A stretch of 64,000 bases of DNA from Podarcis tiliguerta (taxonomy: Eukaryota): the NCBI GenBank assembly GCA_965153285.1, contig OZ229110.1. One strand, written 5' to 3'. A model generated the notes under the pieces. It was not told where the DNA came from. It did not search any database and saw nothing but the letters and a program-made list of their open reading frames with translations. Made by a program: the position numbers and the translations under genes. Below, in pieces: positions 36,491 through 50,050 of the stretch (position 1 is its first letter; each line of letters begins with the position of its first letter).

Positions 36491-37182
36491 TTAAGTATAA
36501 TCAAACATGCACAAGGTGGGGGGTGGGGGAACAGCAGTGGCATGTGAGAAGAAAGCAGTACTGGCGATGCCTTCTTGGTGGTGGTGGCGCTGCACTTGCT
36601 TGGATGAGGATGGGCCGAGGTGAAGAGGCACCAAGGCAAGGGAGCTCTGGGTGGGTTGGTGGCGTCATCATCCCCACAGAGCGGCAGCACTGCTACTACC
36701 AGGAGGCTGCTCCTTCCCTCACACACCACTGTTGATAGCAAGTGGGGAAATAATAGTCAAGTGAGTTCAGGGGAAATTTAAATGCAAAAAGCAGTGATAG
36801 TACCTGAAAGCAAATAGGTACAGTGGTTAATTAACCAGGTGCTACAGGAGCCAAAGGGAGAGCATTTCAACCTACTGGGACACTCTGCAAGTGAGCTTAA
36901 GGGGGACCAACTTGAACAAAGGCATGTCAGATGGAAACTCTGACAGAAAATCATTGAATTACAATTTATCAGGCAATTCCATTCTGTCACTGGCGTCTTG
37001 AATTGAGTTTAAGGTGGATTTATTTTTTTTACACTATATGTGTTAATTAACTTACTCATGCCAAGATATTTGTTACCACCAACAATGCCTTGTTAGCTGG
37101 TAGCTATAAGTATTTTTATTTCAGATGACCACCTTTTTGTATTTCATGTGTGTACACACTTGCCAGTTCAAGGTTATTCTTC

Positions 37183-37270
37183 ATGCATCTGATGAAGTGG
37201 ACTATGGCCTACAAAAGAATAGGTCATAATAAATTTGTTAGCCTTTAAGACAATGCAGGACTTGTTCTTC
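37183..37270 (+). mobile_element. Old Penelope-type pLTR remnant with decayed hammerhead
   Basis: CTGATGA (37189-37195) agtggactatggcctac aaaag...aataaatttgttagcctttaag. The GAAA core is mutated to AAAA. Confidence 0.65.
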
Positions 37271-37618
37271 CTACCCACCAACCATTTCTCCCCAGGATGT
37301 TTTTGTTTTGCTGTGGGCTCCATTCAAGAATATAATAAATATATTGTAACAAAACTGAAATAAAACTTATTGCCTTAATCTAAGTTCCATTTGCTGTGCA
37401 ATATGGCAGTGTATGATAACTTTATGCCACCATCATAACTATACTACCAAATTAGCAATAGCCCTACTGTGCTCGTGCTATGGTCCTCTGAGATACAATG
37501 CAACCTTCTTTGACATTTGTAGGTGAGATGCACATCATTAGCTGTATACGTGCATACATATGTATACATAGGTGTACATATAAGGCTGTTCTATTTGGTG
37601 AGAACCAACAAACCAACC

Positions 37619-37732
37619 TTCTGACCAAACTGCGGGTGGCAGTGGAAGACAGGAGTGCCTGGTGTGCTCTGGTCCATGGGGTCACGAAGAGTCGGACACG
37701 ACTGAACGACTAAACAACAACAACAACAACAA
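37619..37732 (+). mobile_element. Short BovB 3' end with (CAA)n tail
   Basis: ggtccatggggtcacgaagagtcggacacgact stem plus CAA tail. TSD CAACAAACCAACC (37606-37618 / 37733-37745). Confidence 0.92.
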
Positions 37733-38163
37733 CAACAAACCAACCAAGTAGAAGCAGAAATATGGGGATGAGAAATGCATCTATGGAGATTCCTGGTGGC
37801 TCCTGCTGAGCTCTCTGGAATCATTAAATGACCAACAACTTGAAGCTCACTTGAGATGGAGCAAACCATGTTCCAGATATTGTGGTCACAGGGGCAGGGA
37901 TAAGGTTTAGCCTCCACCCTCTAATGACATTGCTGAGTGTACTCTTGTACTTTCTCCCACTAATGTATTCTCTTGAGATTTGCAGACAATATTGTTGGAA
38001 GAGCAAAGACTCTGCCACCCTGAAATTACATGGGCTGGCCTTGGCTGTAGCCTATGGGGGATCAGAGAGCAATAGAGTTGCAAAAATGGGGACTGAAACC
38101 ATCGTACAGCATCAGAAGGAATGAGCCAGCACACTTGACACCAGAAAAGGCATCTGGCTGGAC

Positions 38164-38593
38164 CAGGGATGGGGAAGAAATATTCAGTGCATATTTTAAT
38201 GTGAGTCTCCCAAATACACACTTCCCCAAAGCAATCGGTGAAAGCGTATCTGAAATTTTTCCTTCTCTGAATTTTCTGATACAGCTTTCCAACAAAATGT
38301 GTAGACACAGAAATGTATATACTAGTGAAAACAATGTATAAAAATGCATTATAGAGGTTTTTTATTTTTATTAAAAATGCATATGCTGGGCAAAACTACA
38401 CACACAAGTGTGTGTGTTAGGAGAAATGTGCCTGAAAATGCATACAAATTTTCATGCAGGATCTTTCTTTTCTTTTCTTTTCTTTTCTTTTCTTTTCTTT
38501 TTAAAAAGAAAATATATGCAGAAATGGGGCAAACCAAAGTTAAGACTGGGGGGGGGGATGAGAAATGGAATTAGACAAATTCACTCATCCCTA
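38164..38593. mobile_element. hAT (Ac-like TIR) non-autonomous element with internal (TTTTC)n
   Basis: TIRs CAGGGATG / CATCCCTA. The TSD is eroded. Confidence 0.7.
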
Positions 38594-40085
38594 GTTAGAA
38601 CAAGGCACTTGTTTTAAACATGTTACAGCCACCTTTCCCATAAATATAATTTTGGATGGAAGGAATTTGTTTACTGAAAGATGTGAAGTAGACAATGAGT
38701 CTTTATTTGTTCGGTGACATGTACATTTATGCGCAACACACACACAAACACCAGTATTTTAATAAACACTTTAAACCACCTTAATGACCAGTTTCTTATA
38801 CCAGGGAGCTCATCAATATCTAGACAGGCATGGAAGCAGCTAGGAGGCTAGTCTGTTAATGAAATGTTAATGACTGAATTAGACCTGTAATAACCGAGGT
38901 AGGGTATACTGCTGTGAGTCCATTAGCATCAGCAGACCCTGCTGGGGAAAAAGAAAACATACAATGCACAATGGAAAAAACTTTTTACTTCTTCTAAAAA
39001 CATTTCATGCAACTATATAAAGGTGTCCATGACCTAGAGTTGAGTTTTTATAATACAATATGGAAACTCAGCTGACATACATTTAACAACCTGATAAAAC
39101 ACATCAGTTGGCATTCATGCATAATGCCTCCAGTCCTGGAAAAACAGAGCTTGTGTGAGTCTCATTATTTTCACTGCGAGTTGCATGCATATAGCTGCTA
39201 TAGGAATTCATATACAACACTTATAAACTGATGGGCGAGAGCTCCCTAGTCAGATTCATAATTTGGCTCGAGTGGGGGCCGATTTTCCCAAACTCGGAAA
39301 ATAGTGTGGTTCTTTTGAATCCCATTTTGAGACTATTTTGCATCTTGTCCTGTCACCCCCCAAAAATAAGTCATTGGGAGAGTATTAGGATTTGCTACCT
39401 CTCCCTTGGGTGTTCAACATGTCCTCATCCACCTGTTCATATCTATCATGGTTGCATGTGCAACTGAGATGTTCCATACCAGATAAACTTCACTTTGGAA
39501 ATCCACTTTGCCTTTCTAGACCCACCCCTTAAGAAAAGAAAACTGTTTCATGGTTTTGTGTCACCTTCCGTTCCTGGTGTCACAGAGCTGGTGCTACATT
39601 TTGAAAACCACATTTTGAAATGGACTGTCCCATCAGTGGAAGACCAGCTCAAGGACTTGAACTTGTGTGATGGGCTTTCCCCCCTCTCCTGCACCCAAGC
39701 CCCCTTGCGCATGCCCCAAAACTGTCTTGGGTGGTGGTGGGATAAGCTCCAGAACAGTGCACAGGGGGAAGAGAGGAGAATCATTCCATCTAGCAAGCTG
39801 CAATGCTTGCGCAGACAGAATGGTTGAAGAGCAGAGTGCTAGAATCCCACTCTTCGTTTTTAACTGCATGCAAGCCAGAAATGAAACGAAGACTTTATTA
39901 TGTTTATTTATAACCTGCCTTTCCCCCTGGCAGGACTCAAGGTGGCTTACAGATAAAAGCAAGAATCACTGAAAACATAAACAAAAAAATAGACTTTATC
40001 ATGATTATGTTATTAACTGAACATTCCAAACCAGGGTTATCCTTTCAAGTTTTACTGTACTAGTGCCAGGCTGGTACAGCTAAGG

Positions 40086-40627
40086 TAGGGTTACCAGATG
40101 CCTCTGGTTCCCGGGGACAGTCCCCGGATTTGCAGATCTGTCCCCGGAAAAAATCCATCCCCGGAATGTCCCCACATTTGCAAATCTATCCCCGGGAAAC
40201 GTGGCACCGGCAGCCTCAGCAGCCCAGAGCCAGCCTGGTAGCGCAGTTGGCTCTGGCTGGCTTCAGGAGCTGCCTGCTGCTGTGGCGCCCACCATTTTCC
40301 CTCGCTGGAAGTTCCCATATGATGTGTCTTGTGCGCTGTACCGGGGACGTTCAGTGGTACAGATCTCCTACCCCCTTTCCTCTCTGTTTTGACTGATCGG
40401 GGGAGGCTTGGGAGTTGCAGGAGGGCAACCGTTGCCCAGGTTTTTTAAAAAAAACTCTGCGCATTTATGTTTCACAGGGTGCGAAAGAAGGGCTTTGCTC
40501 CTTTACACAATATGCATGTGTAATATGCATTTTGCCTCACCATCCTCACTACTGACTCCCTGTTGCTACTCAGCTTTTTTTAAAAAAAAATGTCCCTGGA
40601 TTCATTGAAAAAAATCTGGTAAACATA
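40086..40627. mobile_element. hAT (Blackjack-like) non-autonomous element
   Basis: TIR TAGGGTTACCAGAT / ATCTGGTAAACATA. Perfect 8-bp TSD AGCTAAGG (40078-40085 / 40628-40635). Repeated TCCCCGG subterminal motifs. Confidence 0.9.
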
Positions 40628-43220
40628 AGCTAAGGGGACCAAATCAGGTCACTTTCTTGAAAGTGGACTTGTTCATGTTCCAGCTGATCCATGGTGTGTC
40701 CTGCTCTGCCCTTGTAATAGCCCAAGTATTTTTTCCCCTTCATACTTTTTACAGCTACCTTCAGTAGTAGTGCCCTCCTCTTCTGCTTGCTGTTAGAGGC
40801 ATGGAATTTATCCAAAATCCTAACCCCTTCCAGCAACATCGAGGGTGAGGATTGCAGCCTTAGATCAATAATAATTCAAACAAGTATCATTGTTTGTGCT
40901 GTGAGTACAATAATGAAATAATCCACACAGGATCATGCTGGTTGCTAGAAACTAGAGATTGTATAGACTCCAACATACCTATAAACAATTCCATTGGATT
41001 CTGTAGTGTTAACCTGATGGGCCTTAATTGTGTGAGCAACCTAGTGAATAATATTCACTTTTTCCCCCCTTTCAGGAAGGAGAGTTGCCAGAGATGTGTA
41101 CAAAACGTGTCATGCTCTCTACAAATTGCTTGTCAGCTACGCTGTTTTTCTTGCTTTTGATGTTTTGTGTTTTTTTTGAAAAAAGAAAAATAACTTGTTT
41201 CCTGAAGCCTTTGTCAGCTCTCTTATTGAAATTGCACTTGGTTATCAAAATTGGAAGGAACTCTTTCTTGTATAGTACTCTTGACTGAAAACTGAAATCA
41301 GGACTGTGAGATGAAATAGCCTATGAAGATAAGGTTGAAGGTAAATTGCAACACATGACAAAGGAAAAGGTCTTATTTGAGCCATGCTAATAGAATATGC
41401 TCCTTTATAGCATATCTGACACCTGTGAGAACAGTGGTGCAATTTGTCAAAAGCCACAAATAATCTAAAGTCCAGAGCATGCCATTGCATCATTACATGG
41501 GCCATCACAAGGCCATGTAAAATAAATTTCTTCAGTTGCCTGGTTTTGCTAAGTGATTTCTGAAGCATTATAGGCTTGTACAAATGTAGTTATTGTTTCA
41601 TTCTAAGGCTTAGCCCTAGCCCTTTTTCTGGCTTTGAAAGTCCTTCAGCATGCCATGTCTGTTCATGTACTCAGCATCGCCTCACAAAGCAGAGACTTTT
41701 GTCCTGGGCCTAATTTCCCCTTGAAGTTGATTCTTAGTGAACATAATTTGAAGTTAGTCAGAAAATATCAGATGGAATGTTTCCTCAGAGGAAAAATCGA
41801 AATTGCAAATTTTCTGCAGGAAATGTTTGCTTTCATTCACCCCGTGGAACATCTCTTGTAGAATCGTCCATATTGAGCGGAGACGAAGATGTGCATAATT
41901 GCGGCCCAGTGAAGCTTGCTTCAGTGCAAGCTGCACCTCCCGCAAAAGATGGACTGCGTCTGGCAAGCATGAATAGAATGGAAACGGATATACCCAAAGC
42001 AAACTTTGAAGGCAAGCAACAGCAACAACAGAATGTTTTCATTCCAAAGAAGGATCACCAGCCTCAGGATGAGTTGAAGGCATAGACTGACTGTGACAGT
42101 AGTTCAGTTCCACCTAGAAATGCCTGCCTCCCACTTCATGTGAATAATATTTATGGACTTCATCCAAAAATAACCTGGGGGAGAGGAAGGGCTGTAGGAT
42201 AGTGGGAGTCATGTGGTCACGCTTCCAACAAGGAGACATGACATGGACAGATCCATCGAAAGATGGCAAGCAAATGAACCTATCGTATAACCCCAGCAAA
42301 ACAATTTTACAACAGTTAAATTTGGAGGAAATGACAGGCCACAGGCCACAGCTTCTGATGCTGATGTTGAAGTTGAAGTTGAGTAGGTACATACAGGATG
42401 AAGATGATCCTTAAGACATCCTGGTCCCATGTGAGGCTTAAAAAGTTATTCCCAGCGCTTCAAATTGAGCCCAGAAACTAACTGTTAAGCACTTCATTTA
42501 TGTAATATAATATAAAACAATTGTGCATTCATACTGTTTGAACTGCTTCACAGGCTGCTGAACAAATGGTCTACCCCAAAGAAAAGGTGACATGACTCTT
42601 CCGAGCACACCAATGTAAATATTATAACTTGTAATACAAGGAATATTGAGCAGCATTAATCTTTGCCCAGCCATTAAACAATGAGAAATATCGGGCTGTT
42701 TTTTTCGCTAAGGACTGAGGAAATGCTTTTGGAAAGAGACCATCATTTGTCCCTGCTGGAAATTCCCTCAGATGCAATGCATCATTATGCCTGACAAACC
42801 CTAGAAACCTTAGAAAGACAAAATATGTACAAGGCGGTTGTTAAGCATATGTGATATGTTTTGCCTTGTCACTGGGCAACAGAAAGTGTTATGGAACACA
42901 TTTTATATGTTGCCAGAGCCATAACTTTCTGAAAGACATAAGGTGTGTTGTTTTTGTTGTTATTTGTATAATTACTCCCAGCCAATGACAGTGGTGCTTT
43001 AGACAATGGGCGGGTCCTGCGTTTTTCTGTCCAAAAGCCCATTAAGTACTTACTTTCAACTCTGAAATGCAGGATGATCTTTATCAGGTGCTGTCCAAAC
43101 TGTCAAACACAACAACAAAATGAATTATATAGCCCATCTGTGCAATTTCAAAAATGACAATTCATTGATTTGTTTTCTGTGGTGAGTTTAGACATACATA
43201 GGCCGTTGACAAATTTATTA

Positions 43221-43477
43221 CAGTGGTACCTCAGTTTATGAACTTAATCTGTTCCGGAAGTCCGTTTTAAAACAGAAACTGTTCTTAAACTGAGGCACAC
43301 TTTCCCTAATGAGGCCTCCCGCCGCTGGTGCCCTTCCACCATTCAGATTCCGTTCTTAGACCGAAGTAAAGTTCGCAAACCGGGACACTACTTCCGGTTC
43401 TGCGGAGTTCGTAAACCGAATCGTTCGTAAACCGAATCATTCAGAAACAGGGCTGTTCTTAAACCAAGATACCACTG
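43221..43477. mobile_element. Tigger/pogo-like MITE, second subfamily
   Basis: TA TSD. TIRs CAGTGGTACCTCAGTTTA / TAAACCAAGATACCACTG. Tandem GTTCGTAAACCGAATC repeats. Confidence 0.88.
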
Positions 43478-44168
43478 TATCAGATATATAGTGCCTGATC
43501 CCAGCAGTTTGTTGGAGTTGTGATCAGCATTCATTTCGATGGAGAACGAAACTCCACATTTGTAGCAGCGCATAACTACCCAAGGAATGGCCCCCAAGTT
43601 ACAATGCACATGAAAGCTTGTTTGTCTTGTGCTTGGAATGTCCGTTTAAACCGGTCCTAGGGTGGGCAGTGATTGCATCCTATCGCACCTACCTCTCTTG
43701 CCCCTTGGGGGCGATATGCCTCCTCATTGCAGCTGAGCATTGGGCTGTCCTCTGACCAGGAACTATTGATGGTGGGATAGCCCACCACCCACAAATCTGA
43801 ATTGCCCTATCAGGGGCAAGGGGGGCGGAGCCTGGATTGTGGACCGGAGTGGGGAAGTTTCACTCCTGTCCTCCACCTGGAAATAAAAGCCAGCTGTGCC
43901 CAAGCACAGTACCAAAGTTGGCTGAAGTCAGTTGGTTTGGAATTTTTCCACTTGCATATTTCCCACTGACAGCTGTGGGACCATATGCTGATTGTCTCGA
44001 ATTTAGTATTTTTTGTCTTTATTTCTATTTTCTTTATTAAATTTATGTACTGCCCTTCATCAGAAGACCCCAAGGCAGCTTACAACGAAAAGTACAAATG
44101 TCACTACATCACATAATATCTATACAGCACAAAAAGAAAAACAAATATATTATAATACTAAGAATTAT

Positions 44169-44170
<2 letters not shown>

Positions 44171-44214
<44 letters not shown>
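44171..44214. repeat. (AAT)n microsatellite
   Basis: Directly visible. Confidence 0.95.
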
Positions 44215-44216
<2 letters not shown>

Positions 44217-44344
44217 CTTTTTTACATCTTTGATAAGAGACAGAGAAACATTGGTTCTTGTTTTACAATGTTCTGTTCAAAATACTTGTTGAAATCAACA
44301 AACATAAATTATCTGAAATGATAACAATCAATTTATTTCTTTTT

Positions 44345-44540
44345 TAGATTGCTATTCCTTCTCTGCAGTGAGCTCAAGGTGGCCTATAAAGTTCGTCCTC
44401 CATCTTTTATGCATTCAGTAACCCTATAACACAGTTTGGGGAGAGAGGTGGTGACAGCCTAAAATCAGCTTCATGGCTGAGGGAGAATCGGAACTTGGAT
44501 CTTCTCGGTTACACTCCAACAACTTCTCCATGCTAGGCAG
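44345..44540 (-). mobile_element. MIR-like CORE SINE, degraded
   Basis: gagctcaaggtggc...agcttcatggctgagggagaatcggaac, colinear with 7857-8080. Confidence 0.65.
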
Positions 44541-44741
44541 AATCACAGGGTGAACATGTTTCTCCATGTTGCTAAATGCTTTCGGGGCAGTGAAATAACA
44601 TATTTCAGGCTTTAACTGGCTTAGAATCGGCCTAAACTGGTGAGGATTGACTAACTTGAGTAGGACTGGTGAGAGCTCATTTCAAATCCAAACTCAAAAT
44701 TATGCTCTTCCATAAAGGTCATTGAGTATTTGTGGGCGAAA

Positions 44742-45039
44742 NNNNNNNNNNNNNNNNNNNNNNNNNNNNNNNNNNNNNNNNNNNNNNNNNNNNNNNNNNN
44801 NNNNNNNNNNNNNNNNNNNNNNNNNNNNNNNNNNNNNNNNNNNNNNNNNNNNNNNNNNNNNNNNNNNNNNNNNNNNNNNNNNNNNNNNNNNNNNNNNNNN
44901 NNNNNNNNNNNNNNNNNNNNNNNNNNNNNNNNNNNNNNNNNNNNNNNNNNNNNNNNNNNNNNNNNNNNNNNNNNNNNNNNNNNNNNNNNNNNNNNNNNNN
45001 NNNNNNNNNNNNNNNNNNNNNNNNNNNNNNNNNNNNNNN
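44742..45039 (-). other. N-block (298 nt), probable hidden exon
   Basis: Minus strand reads tattaccccatattagcttcac|N ... N|tttcgccc. Compatible with a masked AG and GTRAG, but an upstream AG lies close to the block. Confidence 0.45.
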
Positions 45040-45974
45040 GTGAAGCTAATATGGGGTAATATCATGAATGCTTTTTGGGGAGAGAGGATGGGATGTAAAT
45101 GTATAAGCAGGCAGTCTTCTAAACTGGCAAACTCTAGCACATATCTCTCCTAGAATAGCCTCAGAAATCAAATGTTCCACGTTTGCATTCCAACCTTCAT
45201 ATTCCATATAGGTTTGTCCTCCATTCCCCTTTTTCCCTTCCGCCCCCAGTAGTGTCAACGAGGACACGAGCCAGTGCTTATGCGATCACAGTTCATTACC
45301 ATGATGAAGGTGATTGGGATTTGCACAAACAATGGACTGTGACATCATTGAATGAATCAGGCAGGCAAGGGGAGGCAACCGATTATAAATGACAACGCTT
45401 CTATAATGACATAGGGAGACTGGGAGCCAGCGGTGATGAGCAGTCCCCTTAACATCATCTTTGGTAGCAGAAAAAATTACACCCAGAAAATAAAGATGGA
45501 TGGTTTCAGTATGATTCATGCACAATTTCAGCAATGCCGTATTAGTAACAGTGACATTGGAAGGAACACAAATGCTAAAAATGAATGGTTGTCACTGGAT
45601 GTGCAGCCCATGAAATGGACATGTGCTCAACAGTGACAAGTAATGGAAGCCTGCACAGGAAGAAGAAGTATTCCAATTCCTTTTATTGCGTTAATAATAA
45701 AATAAATGTTTTTTTAAAAAAAAAATATTGCCCCAGATCTTTATGCCATAAAGGAGAAGAATAGATTTTTAAATGGTAAGACAATGGCGAGCCTCTTTGC
45801 TGAAAGATGTGGCACTTAGCAATAATGCAGTACATTTTGGAAAGATCTGTATTTTTTCAAAGACAAACATCAAATAGAAGAGAAAAGGTTATGTCACCTT
45901 CACCCTCTCAGTACTGTCATTTATATGCTATCAGCTCATTAAATTCACATTAGGATACTCTATGGGACTTTAGG

Positions 45975-46122
45975 NNNNNNNNNNNNNNNNNNNNNNNNNN
46001 NNNNNNNNNNNNNNNNNNNNNNNNNNNNNNNNNNNNNNNNNNNNNNNNNNNNNNNNNNNNNNNNNNNNNNNNNNNNNNNNNNNNNNNNNNNNNNNNNNNN
46101 NNNNNNNNNNNNNNNNNNNNNN
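45975..46122 (-). other. N-block (148 nt), possible hidden exon
   Basis: A long minus-strand CT tract lies about 25 nt upstream of the block. The immediate flank is less acceptor-like. Confidence 0.35.
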
Positions 46123-49100
46123 AAAGCTGTCCATTTGTTTATCCCCGGGGAGAGAGGGAGAGAGAGAGGGAGAGAGAAATCCAAAGTTTGATTAAAAAAA
46201 GAAAGAAAACTCAAGTGAAAGTAAAGCATTAACAATTTAACCCCTGAAGCAGTGCAATGTGTGTGTGTGTGTATGCGCGCATGCTCACACACACACACAC
46301 ACTCCCTCATATTCTTTTTTTTTTCCTTTTAAAGAAAAATAATAAATATTTAAGTAGAAGAAGACAGACTATGTGGATGGCACATTTGTTGGATATAATG
46401 AATGAACATAGATATCCTAGCCGTATGCAGGTACAGACATTACTGTGCAGTCCTGAAAATAAATCCCATTGAATTTCGTATGCTCTATTTGCCCCTTTCT
46501 GGCAGGGACAACTCCTGTTTTCCTGTACCTATATATAAGAAATCACTCTCCCTTTTTTGCCTTTGGGTGAAATTTGGGGGATAACAATTTCAAAGTGCCG
46601 TTATTCTGCAAAAGTCTCGGCTTCCTTCTCCCTAAGTAACTAGGGCAGCAAATTTATGCATGCTTACTTGGGAGTAAGCACCACTGAATACAGTGGGACT
46701 TACTTCTACATAGAGCTTGCTTGGCTTGCAGTGCACGCTTGAGACAAAAAAGGACCAAAAAAAGGGAGATTAGGGGGATGGCTTGATGGCTTGAAGTTTC
46801 CCATCACTAGCTAGTGCTTAGATAGCAGGCTGAGCAGCACACAGGTCAGCTGGTCTCATCCCTCCCCACTATGGTGAGATGTATCTAAATAATAGGAACT
46901 GTTTCTGAATTCACACCCATACATAAAACCCATCTCTTGCGAATTTCATGCAAATTTGCACCCTCTTTTAGTTTGGTTCAGTGTATTCTCCTTTTTGGCT
47001 TCCCATCCCCTGCTCTGCATCTACTTTACGTAATTAAATCATAAAAGTTGGTGGAATAGGTTTGAGCCGTGACCGCTCTAGCCCCCAGATGCAATATTCA
47101 TGTTTTGTTTCTCTCAAGATACCTATTATGATCAGTTTGCTAATACAGTGTTGGAAGCCAGGGTGGGACAAGATGTTGCAGAGAAAATGACCACAGTGTG
47201 TAGCAGGAATGGAGATGCTTTCTAGACACTGTTGACTCACCTTGTTAGCAAATGTGTCCACTCTACATTTGAGGAGATTGGCTTTAAGCCAATCAAGAAT
47301 GTTACAGATCAAACAAGGCATTAGCAAAATTGTGGCTCACAATCCAAACTACCCCCTATATATCATCTGTCTTCAGGACAGGCATGTGGGTGCAAAGGAT
47401 GAGCTGTCCCTCTGTTCCACGGAAAGGCTGCCGGGAAGCAGCCACACTCCTGTTTGAGAATGCAAGTGAATGCAAGTGAGTAAAAAACAAACAGTTAAAA
47501 TCCTGTTGTTCATTTCATTTCTTCCCTGTCATCTCTCAAGGAATTAAGTCCTATAACTAGTTTATAATCTGTGCATTATCTTACACATCTGCCAGGTGGA
47601 AATAAAGCAAGTGCTGACATCCGTACTGTTCATTGGAGACAGAGATTTTTACAATGAAAACATGAGGTAACCTTTTTCTTCGCCTGCCAAGAGATTCAGC
47701 AAACCTTGTATTTAATAAAAACTCATGGATATCTAATTTATAATCTTTCCCCCCTTCTTTTTTTCTTTTTCACTCTCTCTGAAGAATTTGTATTATCAGT
47801 TTATTGTAATTCTGTTATGGGACAGACTTTCTCTTCGTAGTGTTTTGACTGACAAAACTCTGTTCATGTTGATCCTAAGTCTTTGTTTCACATAGCCTCT
47901 GATTGTCCTATTGCCCTGTGTATTCTCTTCTCTTGGGGTAAACACCTTAATTCTGTACCTTAATTTTCATGATATCCTATGACTCATAGCAGGTACTTAT
48001 CATAGCTACTAATTGCTTACCTCTGTTGCTAATCCTGTGCCATTATTAAGTACAATGATCCAAAGTCAATGCTGCTTTGCTTACAAACTTCTCCACAGTG
48101 GGAAGCTTATTCCGGAAATTGCAGCTTCTGTCATGCTGCCTGGTTCCGCAAAGGGCTCGGTATCACCTAGGCTGCTCCTGAAAGCAGTTTGCCCCAAAGT
48201 TACAAGTGAGCCTATATCTGTCTCTATATTTTGAGCATTCTGATCCAGCAAATAGATACTTAGCTCAGTACCTGAGGCTTCCAGCTTAGTTGACTGAGAG
48301 CCACACCATACATTCAAAACACACCCAAGACTTTTTTAAAAGCATGTGACTTCCCCTAAAGAAGAACCATAGGAGCTAACTCCTAGGGGTTGTGGGGGCT
48401 TCAGCTCCCACAATAAAATATTTGAGGGGGGCCGGGCCCCCACAAAGTTTATGGGCATTCAAATGGTGTGTGTGCACTGTGTCATGTGATCGATTATGCA
48501 GGGCAGGGCTTACCTTGGCACCCCTGCTGGAAACTGTAGTTTGCCAAGCTTGCTGGGAATTGTAATTGATGGGAAACTACAGTTCCTAGGATTCTTAGCG
48601 GTGAGTCGTATTCTTCAAATGTGTGTTGGATGTATGTTAAATGCATGGTGTGCATCTGCCTTGAGTTGGGACGTAATAGTATTGCACAAACTAAGTAGTC
48701 TAAGATGCTGGCTATAAGTTTCTTGGAGAAACCTCTGCCTTTTGTCCCATTGCTTTGCATGACTATAAGCCAAACTGAGTTCCTGGCATAGCACATGGGA
48801 ATTAATAAAAGAAAGCATTTGCCATAATTTTATCTGCATGCAAGGAAACGCTTCACTAACTTAATTTCTCCTGAGTTGGGCAGGGGAGTAAAAAAATAAA
48901 AATAATGATAAACCTGTTGCACAATAGAAGCCTCATCATTGCGTTGTATAAGACCCAATTTTGAGGGCGGGTGTGTGTGTGTGTGTGGAGGAATATTCCA
49001 AGAACTTATACATTTTGCACAGTCTGAAAGGCACAACATTCAACAGGTTTCCAAAACAGCTATTGATTGATTTCTGTTTTATCATCTGAAACCTCAATCA

Positions 49101-49639
49101 AACCAAATTGAACAAGACATTAGACAATGAGCTAGAAATATTATGTTGTCTTCATTAACATGGTCTCTGATGAGCCAGTTAGAGAATGGACAATTGCTTG
49201 TATTCAGATTCCAACATGGAAGACCCAACAGGCTACCTGCTGGTACTCTTGTGACTCACACTAGGTCTAAATATTTCCAGATCAGACCATGGTATCACTC
49301 ATATTCACTCTATCCAATATTATCAGAGCTACGAGAGCTGACATAGAAAGTAGCTGTGCACAGTTTGTCATGTACATTGCTTAATAGTGTCTTAACAGCA
49401 ACAAAGGTTAAGGCAGTTTTATAAATCTACAGTAGACTTTAACAGTGCAGTCCTATTCATGGCTACGCAAAAGTATTCCAATGGAACTTACTTCCCAGGT
49501 GAATGTGGATAGGACTGTAGCCTATAGTAGTTAAATGTCCAATAGAAGATTCAGACGTTTAGAATAAAAAGGCTTGCTGGTTGCTAACTTGCCTCTGGAT
49601 GAGTTTTAAAAACACAAAAGTAACTCTTCTTTCATTAGC

Positions 49640-50050
49640 TTAATCGAGAGACTCAGATCAGGAACAAAAGACATGGTTTTATAACAAGATAGACTCAACA
49701 GGAAATGGTGAGGATGGCAGTATGGATAAATTGATTGAAGGAATTACGTATATTGAGGGGGGGGAAATTGATATATGCAACTTACATTCCATAGACAGAG
49801 ATAGTTTGGGCTGAATGGGAAATAGAAATGATAACAAAAACCTGATCTTAGAAGACTGTGATATGCCTTCAGGGCAGGATCAGGAAATGTTTATAGAGAT
49901 AAGTAAAGCCTAGAACACCGGCCGCAGGGAATTTCAATTATCTGAATAGAAAAACTGAGGAAGAACTACTCTTTTCTTGAGAACAACTCCACAGCAGAAA
50001 TATCATTCTACACAGGATGTTGACATACTAGCAAGATTAGAGACTTTGTC
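49640..50050 (+). mobile_element. Very old CR1-like APE endonuclease fragment
   Basis: Remnants resembling KDR..RKG.GVA..., W.E...NLIL..C..P.GQD and gggaatttcaattat (G(D/N)FNY). Heavily decayed. Confidence 0.4.
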
